From: Mobula birostris
Taxonomy: Eukaryota
Length of the DNA stretch: 64,000 nucleotides
Assembly: GCF_030028105.1 (NCBI RefSeq)
Contig: NC_092376.1
Coordinates: forward strand, 178,722,080-178,786,079
Reading direction: 5' to 3'
Both the position numbers and the translations under genes were made by a program. Below are positions 61,896 through 64,000 of this stretch, in pieces (within the stretch, counting starts at the first letter, position 1; every line of letters starts with the position of its first letter). A model generated the notes under the pieces. The model saw only the letters and a program-made list of their open reading frames with translations, ran no database searches and was not told the DNA's origin.

Positions 61896-64000
61896 TTCCA
61901 GTTGGGAATGTTTCAAAATTTAATTTTGAATTAATTTTGTTGTTTCTTTCTCGCCATCTGAATCAAAGCTGGCCATTCTTGCCTGTCATTATTTTCGCTT
62001 TTATTGTTCACTATATATTTCTATGATTTATAGGTGTACATTAGAGAACGATGTCCTTCGGTCTACCACCTGAATACAGGCCTTAATGCTTCGGGATATG
62101 TGCAATGACTCCTGAACGGTATTAATATCCTGCCTCCACCTCCCCCTCTGGCAGCTCGTTTCCATTACCAGTTACAATTGTGTGAAAACATCCCCCAAGT
62201 TCCACATCTATTTTTTGAATAATTATAAAACCATAATGCTAAAATGTGTAAACTTTGAATGCAAAACCAAGGTAATTTAAGACATTGGAGTTTATTATCT
62301 AACATACAGAAATAATGCAGAATGTTTATACTTAACAAACTTGATATGGACACAAATTGAATTGGAGCTTGGTCAAAATAAACCTGGACGTTTGTGAGTT
62401 TGAATTTATGCATGCTGATCTTGTTTCTTAGCAGAGGGGATTTTGTTTAGGAAAATAACAAATAATGATCAAGCATGGTTCATTCAGAGGGTGGGGAACA
62501 TCTCAATTTTTTATCTGCTTTAGACGGGCGCAACTATTAAATAAAATTCACATTCTACATTTTCAAAGCAGTGTGTTTTTCGCTTTGATAACTGAATACA
62601 GCGCAATTTCTGCTTAAACATTTTCAAATAATTTAAACATTTACGTTGGTATCACTACGCTAATTTTTGAATGCTCAATATATAATTAGATTTTCGTCGC
62701 TCACCATAGAACATTACAGCACAGAAACAGGTCCTTTGGCCCTTCTTGGCTGTGCCGGACCATTTTTCTGCTTAGTCCCACTGACCCGCACCTGGACCAT
62801 ATCCCTCCATACACTATTCATCCATGCACCTGTCCAAATTTTTCTTAACTGTTAAAAGTGAGCCCACATCTACCACTTCATCTGGCAGCTCATTCCACTC
62901 TCCCACCACTCTCTGAGTGAAGAAGCACCCACTAATTTTCCCGTTAAACTTTTTCCCCTTCACCCTTAACCAATGTCCTCTGTTTTTTTTCGCCCCGAGC
63001 CTCAGTGCAAAAAGTCTGCTTGCATTCACTCTATCTATACCCATAATAAATTTATCTATCTCTATCAAATCTCCACTCATTCTTCAGCGCTCCAGGGAAT
63101 AAAGTTTTAACCTATTCAACCTTTCTCTGTAACTCAGTTTCTCAAGTCCCGGCAACATCCTTGTAAACCTTGTCTGCACTCTTTCAACCTTATTATTAAC
63201 CTTCTGTAATTTGGTGACCAAAACTGCACACAATGCTCCAAATTCGGCCTCACCAATGCCTTATACAACCTCACCATAACATTCCAACTGTTATACTCAA
63301 TACTTTGATTTATAGAGGCCAATGTACCAAAAGATCTCTTTATGACCTTATCTACCTGTGACGCCACTTGTAGGAAATTTGTATCTGTCTTCCCCGATCC
63401 CTCTATTCCACTGCTCTCCTCAGTGCCCTACCATTTACCTTGTATGTTCTACCTTGGTTTGTCCTTCCAAAGTGCAATACCTCACACTTGTCTCTATTAA
63501 ATTCCATCTGCCATTTTTCCAGCTGGTTCAAATCCCTCTGCAAGCTTTGAAAACTTTCCCCGCTGTCCACTACACCTCCAACCTCTGTATCATCAGCAAA
63601 TTTACTGATTCAATTTACCAGATTATCATGCAGATCAATGATATAGATGACAAATTACAATGGACCCAGCACTGATCCATGTGGCACACCACTAGTCACA
63701 GGCCTCCACTCAGAGAAGCAATCCTCCACTACCACTCTCTGGCTTCTTCCATTGAGCGAATGTTTAATCCAATTTACTACCTGTACATGTATACCTAGCA
63801 ACCGATTCTGCCTAACTAACCTCCCATGCGGGACCTTGTCAAAGGCCTTACTGAAGTCCATGTACAGAAAATCCACTGCCTTCCCTTCATCCAATTTCCT
63901 GGTAACATCCTCGAAATACTCTAATAGATTGGTTAAACATGACCTACTACGCACAAAGCCATGTTGACTCTCTCTAATAAGACCCGGTCTATCCAAATGC
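61896..64000. repeat. Start of tandem unit 4 (runs off window)
   Basis: Matches 1-2180 and 39012-41150. Confidence 0.9.
62701..64000 (-). mobile_element. CR1 LINE, unit 4 copy (partial)
   Basis: YMDFSKAFDKVPH and GVPHGSVLGP motifs. Confidence 0.92.

Noticed and set aside
1-64000. CRISPR arrays, tRNA/rRNA genes, prokaryotic RT or defence systems
   Set aside because: None seen. All RT motifs belong to CR1, gypsy or ERV, and the tRNA-like match is only an 18-nt PBS.

Overview
Eukaryotic genomic DNA from a vertebrate, most likely a cartilaginous fish and probably a ray, inferred from the CR1 subfamilies and the 'aaaatgctggaggaactcagc' inverted-repeat family. The window is part of a clustered protocadherin (Pcdh) locus made of about 3.1 tandem copies of a 19-23 kb unit (phase boundaries near 1, 19712, 39012 and 61896). 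In order, each unit holds: a minus-strand 5'-truncated CR1 LINE; an inverted-repeat element with a degenerate hammerhead-like core; a short CR1 3' end; an orphan Pcdh promoter (CSE) followed by a start-less relic of a Pcdh exon; an LTR-like fragment; a Gmr1-type gypsy pol fragment (integrase before RT); a decayed class I (epsilon-like) endogenous retrovirus with a 5' LTR and a tRNA-Ser(GCT) PBS, its env interrupted by a CR1; a CSE promoter plus an intact 795-aa single-ORF protocadherin (6 EC, TM, short tail with its own stop); an old CR1; and a Penelope GIY-YIG relic. Unit 3 alone has a 4.3-kb near-full-length CR1 with a 7-bp TSD. The three Pcdh proteins are about 94-95% identical by manual count. 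I see no new enzymatic system. The most notable structure is the co-amplified cassette of orphan CSE, retroelement nest with a divergent LTR, and intact constant-exon-free Pcdh.
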